Under the pieces are notes generated by a model that ran no database searches, had not been told where the DNA came from, and saw nothing but the letters and a program-made list of their open reading frames with translations. 64,000 nucleotides of DNA from Eledone cirrhosa (Eukaryota), in NCBI GenBank assembly GCA_964016885.1, contig OZ024744.1:65658001-65722000 (forward strand). The letters are read 5' to 3'. This document shows, piece by piece, positions 14,545 through 26,819 of this stretch (positions are counted from its first letter, which is position 1; each line of letters starts with the position of its first letter). Position numbers and translations under genes: made by a program.

Positions 14545-15420
14545 CCTGCTCTTAGAAAACTAGGGGTAGAGGAATGGCTTGTAACGATTGTACAAGCCAT
14601 GTACATAGGTGTAGTCAGTAGGGTTAGAGTTAATGATTATAATGACATGTTCAGGTGGAGACCAGTCTCCTGTTTATTATCCTGTTTATTATTGTTCTCT
14701 TGGCCATAACAAGAGTTTAAGATTGGCTGCCAATGGGATCTCCTATAAGCTGATGATCTAGTCCTTTTAGCTAAGTCAGTGGCAGAATTAGAGAAAATAA
14801 TTCTGACATAGGGAAAACCTGAAATCAAATGTCTTCAGAGTCAACTCAAAAAAATCCCAGTTAGTAAAAAAGAAAACAGGGTCTGGATTTCCTCAGGGAA
14901 ATAGCCTTGTTACAAAAATGTAAACTATGGGTACACAAGAGCTGTAGCAGGGTATAAGATAGGCAAGCAAAAAATGTTGGCTTTGTAAGTTAGAGATGAG
15001 CAGTGAGTAGCAAGAGCTCACATCAGATGGCCCTCTAGAGATAATTTGACCTTGGGGACCAAATTAACAGTAGGGGAGGTTGATATGAAAGTACAGTAGC
15101 CAAAGTGAGGACTAGCTGAAAAACGTTCAGAGAGCACAGCATCATTGGGCTGAGAGAAAAACTGATGCAGCTTTCAGGAAAGGAGACTACAATGGTATGG
15201 ATATGTGATACATATGAAGGATGAAAGCTGCATTAAGAAATGCAGAATGCTAAAAATCAATGTAACCTATGGAAGGGGAAGAGCTAGGAAAAAGTAGGGT
15301 GCTGTGGTGAATGCTGACATCATGTAACTGAATCTTACAAAAGAGATGACCCAGGATTGAGATAATTGGTGACATGCCATATTGCAGATTGCCCGCTGTC
15401 CTATGCAAGCTGGATGAAAT
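14545..15420 (+). mobile_element. Highly decayed RTE LINE ORF2 fragment
   Basis: LRKLGVEEWLV..VQAMY, GCQWDLL*ADDL and LQWYGYVIHMKDESC-like motifs. Confidence 0.75.
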
Positions 15421-17439
15421 GAGCTTGGAGAAAATAATCCCCATTGCCAGTATAGTTCTGACTCCTCTCTCACTCAATTTCCTCTACCTTAACCCTAAAG
15501 AAGCAGAGTGGTGGAACATTTATGTCCCTGTTTGTCAGTATACTCCCAGTTTCTCTGTCTAAAATCCCCAATTAGTCCCAGCCCACTCATGTCTTTCTTA
15601 TTTCCTATCCTTCATCATCTAACTGATATCAACATGAAAAGCTAGGACAGGCTTTCTTTGATTCTCCTTTTCCTTCCAAACCCATCCTGACTCACTTTTC
15701 TGTTTAACATGGAATAACAATATGTTAGACACCATCCACTTGCTTCAAGGTTGCTCTTATTACCTGGCACTTCATTCTCCCACAGTGGGATGTCTCTATC
15801 CCTTCCTACGGCAATCAGCATAAAGCCTCTACCCCTTTCCCCATGTCTGTCCCAATCAAAGGGCATGACAGCTCATTTGGCCCGGACTGGCATGGAAAAT
15901 AGACATTTAATGATGATGATGTGTACCCACCTTTCCTCCTGCCTCATCCTCAGTGCACATACCTGGTCCGACTCATGCATGCATGGAAAGGTGGATACAT
16001 TCCACAATATATGGCCAGGTGTAAGTCTTCTTGCTCTCCCACTGTGTGATGCCCCTCCCTCTTTAGTAAGTAACATTTAGCCTGATGCTTGCTCCCTCAT
16101 CATTACCTTCCCAGCTGGGTCTAGGATACAATGAGCCTCCAAATTTCATGAGGTAGCATTAGTGACATGATAAAACACACCCAGTTCACATTGTAAGAGG
16201 GTCATGCTAACGCCACAACAAAAAGCACCCAGTCCAACTGCTGCCATGAGAAGTAGCAACCAGGTCACCCTGTAAGTAGGTAGTGCTGATGCTGTGTACA
16301 AAGCTCCCAGTACACACTATAATGTGGTTGGCATTAAGGAAGGGCATCCAACCATAGAAAACCAATCCTAAAATGGAGCGTATGAGAAAAACACAGTTGT
16401 CTGACCTGCCTGTCTAGCCACAGTATACGACAGCCTGTCTAACACATGCAAGTATGGAAAATAAATGATGATGATATACATATACACATTCAGGAAGACA
16501 TCATGCTGGTGCCACAATAAAAAAAAAATCGCCCAGTCCATCCTGCTGATTCCATGACAAAATACTCCCACTGCACACTGTAAAGTGATTGGCATTAGGA
16601 AGGGTATCCAGCCATAGAAATCAAGCCCAAAATGGAACATATGGGCAAATTGTGGTCATCTAACACATCTAGCCTCAGCATGTGACGTTGCATTTAACCC
16701 ATGAAAGCATGGAAAATAGATGTTAAGACTGTGATGATAATAATGATGATGATGATGATATCTTTATCATCATCATCATCATCATAAGTCTTTTCCAGCA
16801 TAGTGACTCACCAACATATATACTGATCAAGTATGAATGTCAATCTTTCTCTCTCTGTCCCCCTCTCTCTCTTTCCTTTTCCCTCTTCCATTCTCACATA
16901 CACACATACTCAGAGAGAAATATTTCTGTTGATCAACACACAAGTATGAAATACTCTACATCATATTTCTTATATTCTTTTTCTTCTTCCTTTTCTTTTT
17001 TTTTTCTTCTTTTCCTACTCTTCCTTCCACCTCATAATCCAAGAAGGGTCACAGGAGTAGGGTTCTCAAATTCCTCAAATATGCTTTTCAGTGGATCCAG
17101 TCAGATCTCCACTTAATTCGGCTGGATCCTCAAGCAAGACCAACCAATCTCATGGATGCTATCCAACCATCTTGCTTGGGGTCTGCCCTTGGGTCTCCTG
17201 CCGTTTCTTTTTTTTGAGAGGCAACTGTTACTTGCCTCATCATAGCTACATCACTGGGTTGAAAGTTTTCTTGGGAGCTAAAGGAGTCACCTATTGCTCC
17301 ATCTCCCCTAGTAGTTTACGGCTGTTGGTCTGGGTTTGCTTATTCATCCAGGAGGAGCCTAACTATCATATCTGGTAGCCATATCGCTATTCACCAGCTA
17401 CAACCTGTTCTCTAGCCAAACAGCTCTGTTGAGAAACTT

Positions 17440-18290
17440 ACACTCATTGGCCTAGTCATATGCATAGTTAACCAGGTTGTGCAGGAAGGTGTCATACTCA
17501 ATGACTAGTGTATTAGAATCATTGTCAACTGCTACAATGGTAAAAGAGATGTACTAAAGAGAGGCAATTACAGAGACATCAAATTGTTGGATCAGGTTAT
17601 GAATGTTACCAGAAGATTGATATACAATTGATTAGGAGTAGAATTAATCTTGAGATACAGTTTGGTTTTCTGATCGTGAGAATAACTTCCAATGCCAACT
17701 TCTTAGTGAGACAACTACAGAAGTATTTAGCTAAGAGTAAGCCCTTATACTTGTCAGAATCCTATGCTCTGTAACTCTATGGGTTTTAGAGAGGACAGTA
17801 GCTAAGGAGTGATACTGGAGAGAGTATAGATGGAGTGGAGGTGTGTAGTGATGTGAGGATAGCTACTATGGAGTGCTAGAAGAAGAGAGGGATATGGGAA
17901 TAAGTCAGGTCATGTTGTATGCTATTGGCTGGGTCTTCACTAGCACAACACAGTGCCTGCCTTCGCAGTTCTTTGTCATCTCTATTGTGAGGTTCAGTTT
18001 TTTTAATGTTGGTTTTCACAACCTCATCCCATGTCTTTCTGAATCTGTCTCTTCCATGGGTCCTAGCGACTAGAGTGTCTCTGCAGCTGCTATCTACCAT
18101 ATGCATCATATATATGTCCATAACAATGCAGTCTTCTCTCTTGCACACTACACCCAATTCCTCTTATGCCAAGTTAATCGCTCAGTTTGCTTATCCTATG
18201 TTATTCATGTATACTAACATTATACATCCATCGGAGCATACCCAATTCATTTCTTTCTAGTCTCTGTAGATCTTCTGCAGTCAAGGCTGG
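17440..18290. mobile_element. Two RTE fragments: 17440-17790 (+) and 17876-18290 (-)
   Basis: + strand IVNCYNGKRDVLKRGNYRDIKLLDQVM; - strand GRDRFRKTWDEVVK. Confidence 0.7.
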
Positions 18291-18390
18291 ATGGACAGAG
18301 CTTTAATAAGGGAAACATACAACACGTCCGTCCTCTTGTCCATAGCCTGTATTATATTAGCAATATTAATTAACAATATAATATCCAGGA

Positions 18391-18507
18391 ACGGTGGATT
18401 GGCAGTATCAGTAGAGCGTCAGACACCATGCTTTGCAACATAGAGTTATGGCTCTTTACGTTCTGAGTTCAAATCCCGCCAAGGTTAACTTTGCCTTTCA
18501 TCCTTTT
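18391..18507 (+). mobile_element. tRNA-headed SINE with Nin-domain-like core (partial)
   Basis: GGTGGATTGGCAGTATCAGTAGAG..GAGTTCAAATCCCGCCAAGGTTAACTTTGCCTTTCATCC; same family as 30909, 31657 and 63261. Confidence 0.75.
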
Positions 18508-20357
18508 GTTCTGGTGTGTCTAAAAGATAAAATAATAAAAAACCATCAGGGGGTATACCTTTGGCTGTCCCAGAGCACATCTATCTTACTAGGCCCCAAC
18601 CCAAGAGACACCTCGGGCAAATACCCCTTCTGCCCCATTATAAATCCTGTCCTGGGCAAAAGGGAGAGAGAGCAGTGCATGTATGCATAGGGGATATTTA
18701 TGTATTAAAAGTTAAAATGATAAAAATTTTGTCATGTGAAAGCATAGATAAAACTCATGACGATGTAGTAAAACAGTGTTTCATTGTAAAATAATTACTC
18801 CAGATATTTTAACATCTTATTTATGTAGAATTTGAAGTTGGTATAACTTGTCAAAATATTGACCTTGAATATATGCTGAGCCCCCATTTTACTATCAATT
18901 ATTTCGTCATATTTCTTGGCTTATATACAAGTATCTATGGTGTATACCTAATTCCTTGCTAAACTCGTTGTTAACAATATTATCATACATAACTTATATG
19001 GCTGTGATAATCAATTAATCTGTCTTTAGTGTTTTTGAATGACCTTATGGCATGGTACCCTGTCCAGAGACCTCCAGATCGATAAATGTAAGGTCTAGAG
19101 GCTTGTTCTTAGTTAAGAATTTCTCAAGTGTTTGTCTCACTAGGAAGAGGGTATCAACGATACTCTAGCCTTGCACAAACCTGAATTGATATTTGTATTT
19201 ATCATATTTTCATGAGATAAATATGTCTTTGAATCTTTACATGAGCTTGTTGGATTATCGACATTGTATCATTCACAAAAGATTCACAGACATTGAGTTG
19301 TGTATAAGACTAGCTACTGTGTACACTGATGTGAAATTAAATTTTTAGTCTTCTTTTTTTTCACGTTTTTTTTAGATAAAATTTATAGGGTCATCTTTGC
19401 CTTTCATCCTTTCGAGGTGGAAAAAAAAAAGTACCAGTCTAGTACTGGGGTCGATTCTTCTCTCTGGAAGAAATCTGCTGTACTCAGGCTTGAAGAGGAA
19501 TGGGCTCCGCCAGGCTTAAAATGCCCAAGAAATGCTGTATGTCAATACGGCACCCCTACGACTCTATCAGGAGTTATGGGACCATACATACATACATTAC
19601 ATGGATTCAACTTTCAAGAGACTAAAATTTACACTGCAATCTAAAATGCTGCATCAATAAATAGAAGTCCAAATGAATTCTAAATGTATAAAAAAAAACA
19701 AAAAACAATGATTTCTAGGAATAATACTGATGTTTTTATGCATCAAAACAAACTTCCTACTAACAAAACATAAATAGGAACTTGCAGCTCTTATAAATAT
19801 TTCCACTTGTTCTTTTACTCCGTTACAGTCAGCAATTTATCTAAATGAAAATTTGAAGCTCATAATTCCAGTATATTGTTATTACTTACAGTTCTGAATT
19901 TCAAATCTTGCTGAGGTTAACTTTGCCTTTCATCCTTACAGGGTCGATAAAATAAAGTACTAGTGATGCACTGGGGTCGATTTAATCGACTTTCCCCTAA
20001 AATTATTGGCCTTGTGTCTAAATCTGAAACCATTATCATTATTTACTGTAAAATTGTATATGACCAGTACCTACTCAGCATGTCTAAATCACAACTCATT
20101 AACCGCAATATTTGAGTTTAAAGTCACACTCATCACATTTCAGTTATGGTCCAACATAGTGCGACAATTTTATTTCTCTAATTTATTCAGAGCAGCTTAG
20201 TTATACCAAAATGATAAAAATGATAGAAATACAACCCCTAGTTTCCCTCTCCATCAAACTACGACCCCCCCCCCCCCAAAAAAAAATGTTTTCATCTTGT
20301 TCATGGCTTGGGTAGGGAATGCTGTATCATTTTCTTTCCCTCAATTTTAATTTGTAA

Positions 20358-20802
20358 CCCTTTTGATACAAACCTGCCCAGACCCATCTATGATTTTAAG
20401 GGAGAAAATAAAAACAAAATCATTTTAAGGGTTCCTATTTAAATTAAATAACCTTTTGTTAACTTATATTGCAAATACCATCTTAACCCTTTAGCATTTA
20501 AACTGGTCGTATCCAGCCAGAATTCTTTCACCTCTTTCTGTTCAAACTGGCTGTAACTGGTCGCTCATACTGATGTTAAGGTATTATTCTCAACATAAAT
20601 AATATCAAAACTTCATATATTCAATATATGTGAGATAATTATGTGAGGTAAAGCCTTTACCATGAAAATATAATAGTAAATATAGAGTAATGTAAATACT
20701 AAAGGGTTAATAATGAAATAATTATTTTAGTAAATCCTTTCAGATTCTTTATTAATTAATGCAAATACAGTGTATTTCATGATAAATATGGAAATAAAAG
20801 GG
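20358..20802. mobile_element. Outer piggyBac-like MITE (CCCTTTT...AAAAGGG-TTAA) interrupted by a second MITE
   Basis: GTAA-CCCTTTTG at 20354 and AAAAGGG-TTAA ending 20806. Related decayed body at ~62510-62740 and 11220-11350. Confidence 0.6.
20487..20706. mobile_element. piggyBac-type MITE (220 bp), TIR CCCTTTAGCATTTA
   Basis: TTAA 20483-86 / CCCTTTAGCATTTA ... TAAATACTAAAGGG / TTAA 20707-10. Confidence 0.88.
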
Positions 20803-21402
20803 TTAAATCATTGCTTAATACAGGTCACTGGATTCAAGAGCAAAGGTTTATGTGTATAATGCAGGTTAATACTAAGTGTAATTACTGATATTTATAATAG
20901 TGATGTGGCATTATTTATGATTTTACAGTGAAGTACAATAAGTGTTACTGGCATAATAGCTTAGAAAAATTAATTTTCTTATCATGACATCATTTGATTC
21001 ATAAATGTTGATCTGATGTCTGTAAATAACAAGGGTGGACTTTTACATGAAATACATAGAAAAATTCAAATTTTTTGGCAAAAAATGGAGTGCGATTTTT
21101 GTATACATATATACAGTAATTATTTATTGATATTAAGAATAAGTATAGACTAAAGTAGCAAATTGACAGAATTATAAGGGTGTAAGATTAAAAATACGTT
21201 GGTATTTGTTTCAACTCACAGAATTCAGAGTTCAAATCCTTACCAAGGTCAACTTTGCCTTTCATTCTTTCTTTGGAAGGAATTGGTTGTGTTCAGATAT
21301 GGAGAGGGATAGGCTCTGCCTGGTTTTATAATGCTCAAGACATGCCATGTGTGTCAAGATGGTGACCCCATGCCTCCATCATGAGTTAAGGACCCTTTTT
21401 AA

Positions 21403-21610
21403 TCCTTTAGCATTTACATTACTCTATATATACTATTGTATTTTCATGGTAAAGGCTTTACCTCACATAATATCAAATCTATGAGACTTTGATATTATTT
21501 ACTTTGATAACAATAGCTTAACATCAGTATGAGTGGCTAGTTACAGCCAGTTTGAACAGAAAAAGGTAATAGAATTCTGGCTGGATACAGCCAGTTTGAA
21601 TGCTAAAGGG
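21403..21610. mobile_element. piggyBac-type MITE, opposite orientation to the 20487 copy
   Basis: TTAA-TCCTTTAGCATTT ... AATGCTAAAGGG-TTAA. Confidence 0.85.
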
Positions 21611-21937
21611 TTAAATAAGTATTTGCCAGGTGGTGCTATTAAGTTAGACGTGGCCTGGGCGAATACTGGCCGAAACCTATCAAAGTTATAAGGTGTGTGT
21701 GTGTGTGCGCACATGCGTGCAGTGAAGTGGCTAACAGGAAATTTTGGAATATTTACAACACCCAATGTTTGGTTATCCACTGAGTATTATTTTACAGAAT
21801 TACTTTATAAATTCTTTCTTCTCTTGGAATTTTCATTCTTTGCTGTTTAGTTCCAAATTAGAGTTGTCTAAAGACTGTTAAATGTTAAAACAAAACAAAA
21901 GAAATCTGTTTTGGCAATATATCATACATTGATTTCA

Positions 21938-22170
<233 letters not shown>

Positions 22171-22499
22171 AGGTATGTATGTATGTGTGTGTATTTCTCA
22201 TTTTTCACTCTCCTCCTCCTCAAATGATGCATCATTCATTATTTACCTATTTTTGTTGTTTTTTTATCAGTAGAGTAAAACATTTCTGTACAAATTAATT
22301 TTCCATGTTAGATTGTTTCTTTTTTAATTGTTATTGCAGTTTCATGTAAAAATGTTTGCTGCCAGTAAGGAATGAGATTACCGATTACACTTTTTGCAAC
22401 TTCTACTCTAAAACTTGGAAAGAAGTTGCTATATAAACATACATACACACACACACATTTCCCCCTTTCTCTCTCTCTCTTTATATATATGTGTCTGTA

Positions 22500-22850
22500 T
22501 GTAGTATTGGTGCCACAACAATATGCACCCAGTTCACTCTGTAAAGTAGTAGTGCTTGTGCCACAACAAAAAGCACCCAGTCTGCACTGGAAGGTGGTAG
22601 TGCTTGTGCCACTACAAAAAGCACCCAGTCTGCACTGGAAGGTGGTAGTGCTTGTGCCACTACAAAAAGCACCCAGTCTGCACTGGAAGGTGGTAGTGCT
22701 GGTACCATGATGAAAAAGCACCCAGTACACACTGTAAGGTGGTAGTGTTAGTACAACAAATAGCACCCAGTACAGTATGTAAGGTGGAAGTGCAGAGTCA
22801 CGATAAAATGCTCATGGTATATGCTGTAATGTGGTTGGTGTGATGAATGG
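22500..22850 (+). repeat. Tandem 48-bp modules (~7 copies) from the RTE/SINE tail
   Basis: GCACCCAG at 22573, 22621 and 22669 (period 48); 16-aa repeats in the ORF track. Confidence 0.85.
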
Positions 22851-22925
22851 CATATGTTTGGTGGGCTTGAGGTGACGACATCGAAAATACTTGCCCGGAA
22901 CATATCACAGTATGAACAATTACAT

Positions 22926-23114
22926 AATTGTTTCTACTTTTGGCACAAGGCCAGTAATTACCCAGTGCATTACTGGTACTTTATTTTATCGACCCCGTAA
23001 GGATGAAAGGCAAAGTAAACCTCGGCGGGATTTGAACTCAGAATGGCAAAGACCGTAACTCTATGCGTCAAAGCATGGCGTCCGACCCTCTACCCATACT
23101 GGCAATCCACCGCC
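22926..23114 (-). mobile_element. Nin-domain-like SINE, near full length, with target-site duplication
   Basis: Flanked by direct repeat TATGAACAATTACATAAT (22911 and 23115). Core GGATGAAAGGCAAAGTAAACCTCGGCGGGATTTGAACTC. Confidence 0.85.
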
Positions 23115-24020
23115 TATGAACAATTACATAATGGTATCTGCCAATGAAATGTGCATAATAGCAATTACATAATTGATAAAAGGATATAAGATTCCAGAAT
23201 ACTGCTTCATTTTTCATTCTTATACAAAAACTCTGTCATATATAAACATTCGTGACTATATCACAGTCAGGAAACTATACTTTGTTAAGTGCTAAAACCT
23301 GTGTACACAAGTATTAATTGATCGACAAGTACAATTGTGAAACAATTACTGATTAACAAACATGAACAGACCATATATATATATATATAATTTTTTTTTC
23401 TCCAAAATGGCTGACTGAATACACATATTTTTCTATTCTTTCCTCTTTTCACTCTCTATCTATCTATTGGGTTGAAGGACTAGTGCCCGAAAGGTTAAGA
23501 CTCTTTTCCAACTATATTGTGTTAAACTAATATATTGTACTGTGTTGTTTCCTTTGTTATTTCTGTTTACTTTTATGCACCGAATTCCCATGGGCACAGG
23601 CTGTACTTGAAGCATATATATAGCATGCACCACCCTACCTACTCCCATACATCTCCCATGAGAACAAGGTGAAGGTACATCCAGTGAAGCTGCCTGCCCA
23701 CACTGTAAAGTGGTTGTGTAGGTGACACAACAAAACCGCCCAGCCCATACTGTTAAGTGGTCATGTAGGTTTCATGGCAAAAAGCACCCAGTCCACACTG
23801 TAAAGTAGTCTTGTGGGCATCATAACAAAAAAGCACCCAGTATTCACTGTAAATGAGGTTGGCATTAGGAAGAGCATCCAACTGTATAAACCAAACCAGA
23901 AGCAGTTCTGTATGAGCTAGGCATGGTCACCTGACCTGGCATTTTTCACAACAGAACACCTCATCTAACCCATGCTAGTGGGGGAAAAATGGACATTAAA
24001 CGGTGATGATGATGATATAT

Positions 24021-24324
24021 ATATCACAGAAAAAAAGAGAATCAGTGTTGCGACGAATGGAATTTATTGGACATATTACAATCGTTTCTCTGGCGACCAG
24101 CTCGAGGCACGATCGATGTGATGATCAAACCTGACTTTGAAAATCGCAAGGTCCTCAGATATGTCTTGATTCTACGAAGCAGATTTTCCTATGTCCTTTT
24201 ACATCGATATCCTTCGCCTGTTGGCTTAGATCCTGTTGTTGTCATTCTATGAGTGGTCAAGAATTGTACACGTCATCGATATTTCTAGCCACTCATGGTT
24301 GTCCACTATTTGGTTCTTTTCATT
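24021..24324 (-). repeat. 3' pseudo-LTR (left arm of the ~305-bp inverted repeat)
   Basis: Reverse complement of 28466-28770 with few differences; both give the near-identical peptide DILQSFLWRPARGTIDVM in the ORF track. Confidence 0.92.
24070..24165 (-). ncRNA. Type I hammerhead ribozyme motif, copy 1
   Basis: Minus strand: GACAUAU-CUGAGGA-[63-nt stem II region]-GAAAC-GAUU-GUA-AUAUGUC. Stem I is a perfect 7-bp GACAUAU/AUAUGUC; GUA cleavage triplet. Confidence 0.7.
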
Positions 24325-24938
24325 AGCATAACGTTTCAAGAACACAGCCTCAGAATACCTTAACACATACATATTTCAAAAAGAAAAAAATTATGTACAA
24401 AGAACTTTTTTAAATGAATGCTTGGAATAGCCTTTCAAAAAAAATTATTTCGAAGGTATTTTTTATAAATATACACATATCTATACTCACACACTGTACT
24501 CAGGGAAGTGTGTATAATAAAGACGCTGCACATATATACACAGATGAAAAAAAGAAAGATCTACACATAAGCATTCATACCCTCACACAGACATGTTCAT
24601 ACAAATACATCCACCAAGACATGTGCACACACGTGCACATGCATATCTGCATGGACGCACATACATACATGTACCCGCGTATGTTCATATCGAGGGCGCA
24701 TACTTGATGAATACCCTCCCATCCGGACACACATGCGCAGCTGTGCACATGGTGCACATAGTATTATATGAGACAACGTTCTTGAGGCTTGGACCCAACC
24801 CAGTCATGTGGCGATATAAGCCCGAAAGTGCATGCACAATATGCATAAATGTTATAGCTGCATAGCATCCTTGCACTAATCACATATAACTTGGGTGGCA
24901 CATATATATATCTATAAATATATATATATATTTATATA

Positions 24939-25333
24939 TACCTAAGTGCAAAGTGAAACCTACTACAGTCAGTAGGCACCTTTAACAAAATACACCCCCG
25001 TCCCACAACCCCCACCCCATCCATACCACCCCTTTCAATGTAAAGTTATGTTGGTACCACAACATCCAGCCCGAAACAAACGAGGTCGTGTAGGTGTCAC
25101 AACAAAAAAACACACAGTCCACGCTGTAATGTGGTCGTGTAGGTAACACGGTAAAAACCTCTCAGTTCACACTGTAAACGTGGTTGGTGCTAGGAAGGGC
25201 ATCCAGCCGTAGAAAACCCGCCAGACAGTCCTATGCGAGCAAGACAACCACTCTTGCTTCAAGTGGGAAAACTCCCGTCCAAACCCATGCGAGCGTGGAA
25301 TATGGACGTTAAACGATGATTATGATGATGATA
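24939..25333 (+). mobile_element. RTE 3' UTR/tail fragment inserted in the PLE 3' region
   Basis: Matches the 3' UTR of 41277-41325 (AACCTACTACAGTCAGTAGGCA) and ends GACGTTAAAC(GAT)n; preceded by (TA)n. Confidence 0.85.
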
Positions 25334-25650
25334 TATATATATATATATAAAATGCCTGTATGTACATAAAATAAAATAATATAAAATAATATAATATAAA
25401 ATAAAATAAAATGCTGGAAAAAGGAATGTACACATGACAATGATGCAGAGGGGACGGACATTATTGGGGTGTGCGTAAAGTTGCATAAAATACTTGAGGG
25501 CTGTGGTGCATATGGTTATATAATATACATGGGGACTGGTGATCTAAATTACTGGGTAAGATTCTGCACATGATGCAGGTCTCATGGCTGGTGGACACAT
25601 GGGGACCTTGTGTGCGTACACAAACAAGTTATGTATATTGTGGATGTTTA

Positions 25651-26316
25651 TATCATCATCATCATCAGGTTTAGCGTCCGTGTTCCACGCTTGCATGGGT
25701 TTGGACGGGGGTTTTCCCACTTGAGGCAAGAGTGGTTGTCTTGCTCGCATAGGACTGTCTGGCGGGTTTTCTACAGCTGGATGCCCTTCCTAACACCAAC
25801 CACATTTACAGTGTGGGGCTGGGAGGTTTTTACCGTGTTACCTACACAGCCACATTACAGCGTGGACTGTGTGTTTTTTTGTCGTGACACCTACACGATC
25901 TCATTTGTTTCGGCCTGGATGTTGTGGGACCAACATAACTTTACATTGAAAGGGGCGGTGTGGATGGGGTGGAGGTGGTGGGACGGGGGTGTGTTTTGAT
26001 AGAGATGCCTACTGACTGTAGTAGGTTTTACTTTGTATTTAGGTAAGGCGGGTCTTCTCTATTACTGAGTACCGCCAAAGGTCTCGGTCCAGTGACATTG
26101 TCTTGGAGAGGTGTAAGCGTGTGAGGTCGGAATTTATCATGTCGTCCCAGGTTTTTCTGGGTCTGCCTACTCCGTGGCTACCGTCTATCTTTATTGCCCC
26201 GCACTTTGTTATACAGCTGTCGTCTTTCATGCGCATCATGTGACCGTACCAACGTAGCCTTCTCTCGAGTAAATAACATCTGATCCCTCTTATTTCTAAT
26301 TTTTTTCCTTAGTTCG
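25651..26316 (-). mobile_element. 5'-truncated young RTE LINE (ORF2 end plus 3' UTR) nested in the PLE
   Basis: MMRMKDDSCITKCGAIKIDGSHGVGRPRKTWDD...EKTRLT is nearly identical to the end of ORF 40704-41279. Confidence 0.9.
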
Positions 26317-26819
26317 AACATCCATTTCATAATAGTATATATGAGAAGTACATGTAGTGGATGTATACATGGAATATATAGGGTGTGTGTTTCATAGTAG
26401 TATATATGAAATGTACGTGGAATGTATGCATGATTGGAATGTGCTTGTGTTGTAGGCGTGTATATATCAACGGCAGGCAAAGTTAAAATTAACTGTGACA
26501 TTAACCTTAAGACCAGCATCAGGTCCGGCATCTAAGTCGCAAATTAAACACCACGAATCGAAGATTGAAAATCAAAAATGGGAAATTAAAAAATTTGGAA
26601 ATTTAAAACCACACATAGGGTTGTAGACCAAATCAGACTTATATTGAGTCGGCGTCAGCAAAATGGTGTGGTGGTGCTATCCAAGGTGCGTTACGAGGTA
26701 GACATCGCTGGGTTTGTCGTTGATATCAGCTTGTTCTGACATGCATTCATAAGTATGCTGTGTCATATATCGTGGTCTGCTGCATGCGCCCCACTTGGTA
26801 TTGTGATGGCGGTAGTGCC

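Noticed and set aside
22500-22850. CRISPR-like periodic repeats
   Set aside because: Contiguous 48-bp units without unique spacers, no cas genes, eukaryotic context; part of a retroposon tail.
24067-24252. Duplicated small ORF DILQSFLWRPARGT (also 28538-28804)
   Set aside because: Antisense reading of the pLTR/hammerhead; similarity reflects the inverted repeat, not coding constraint.
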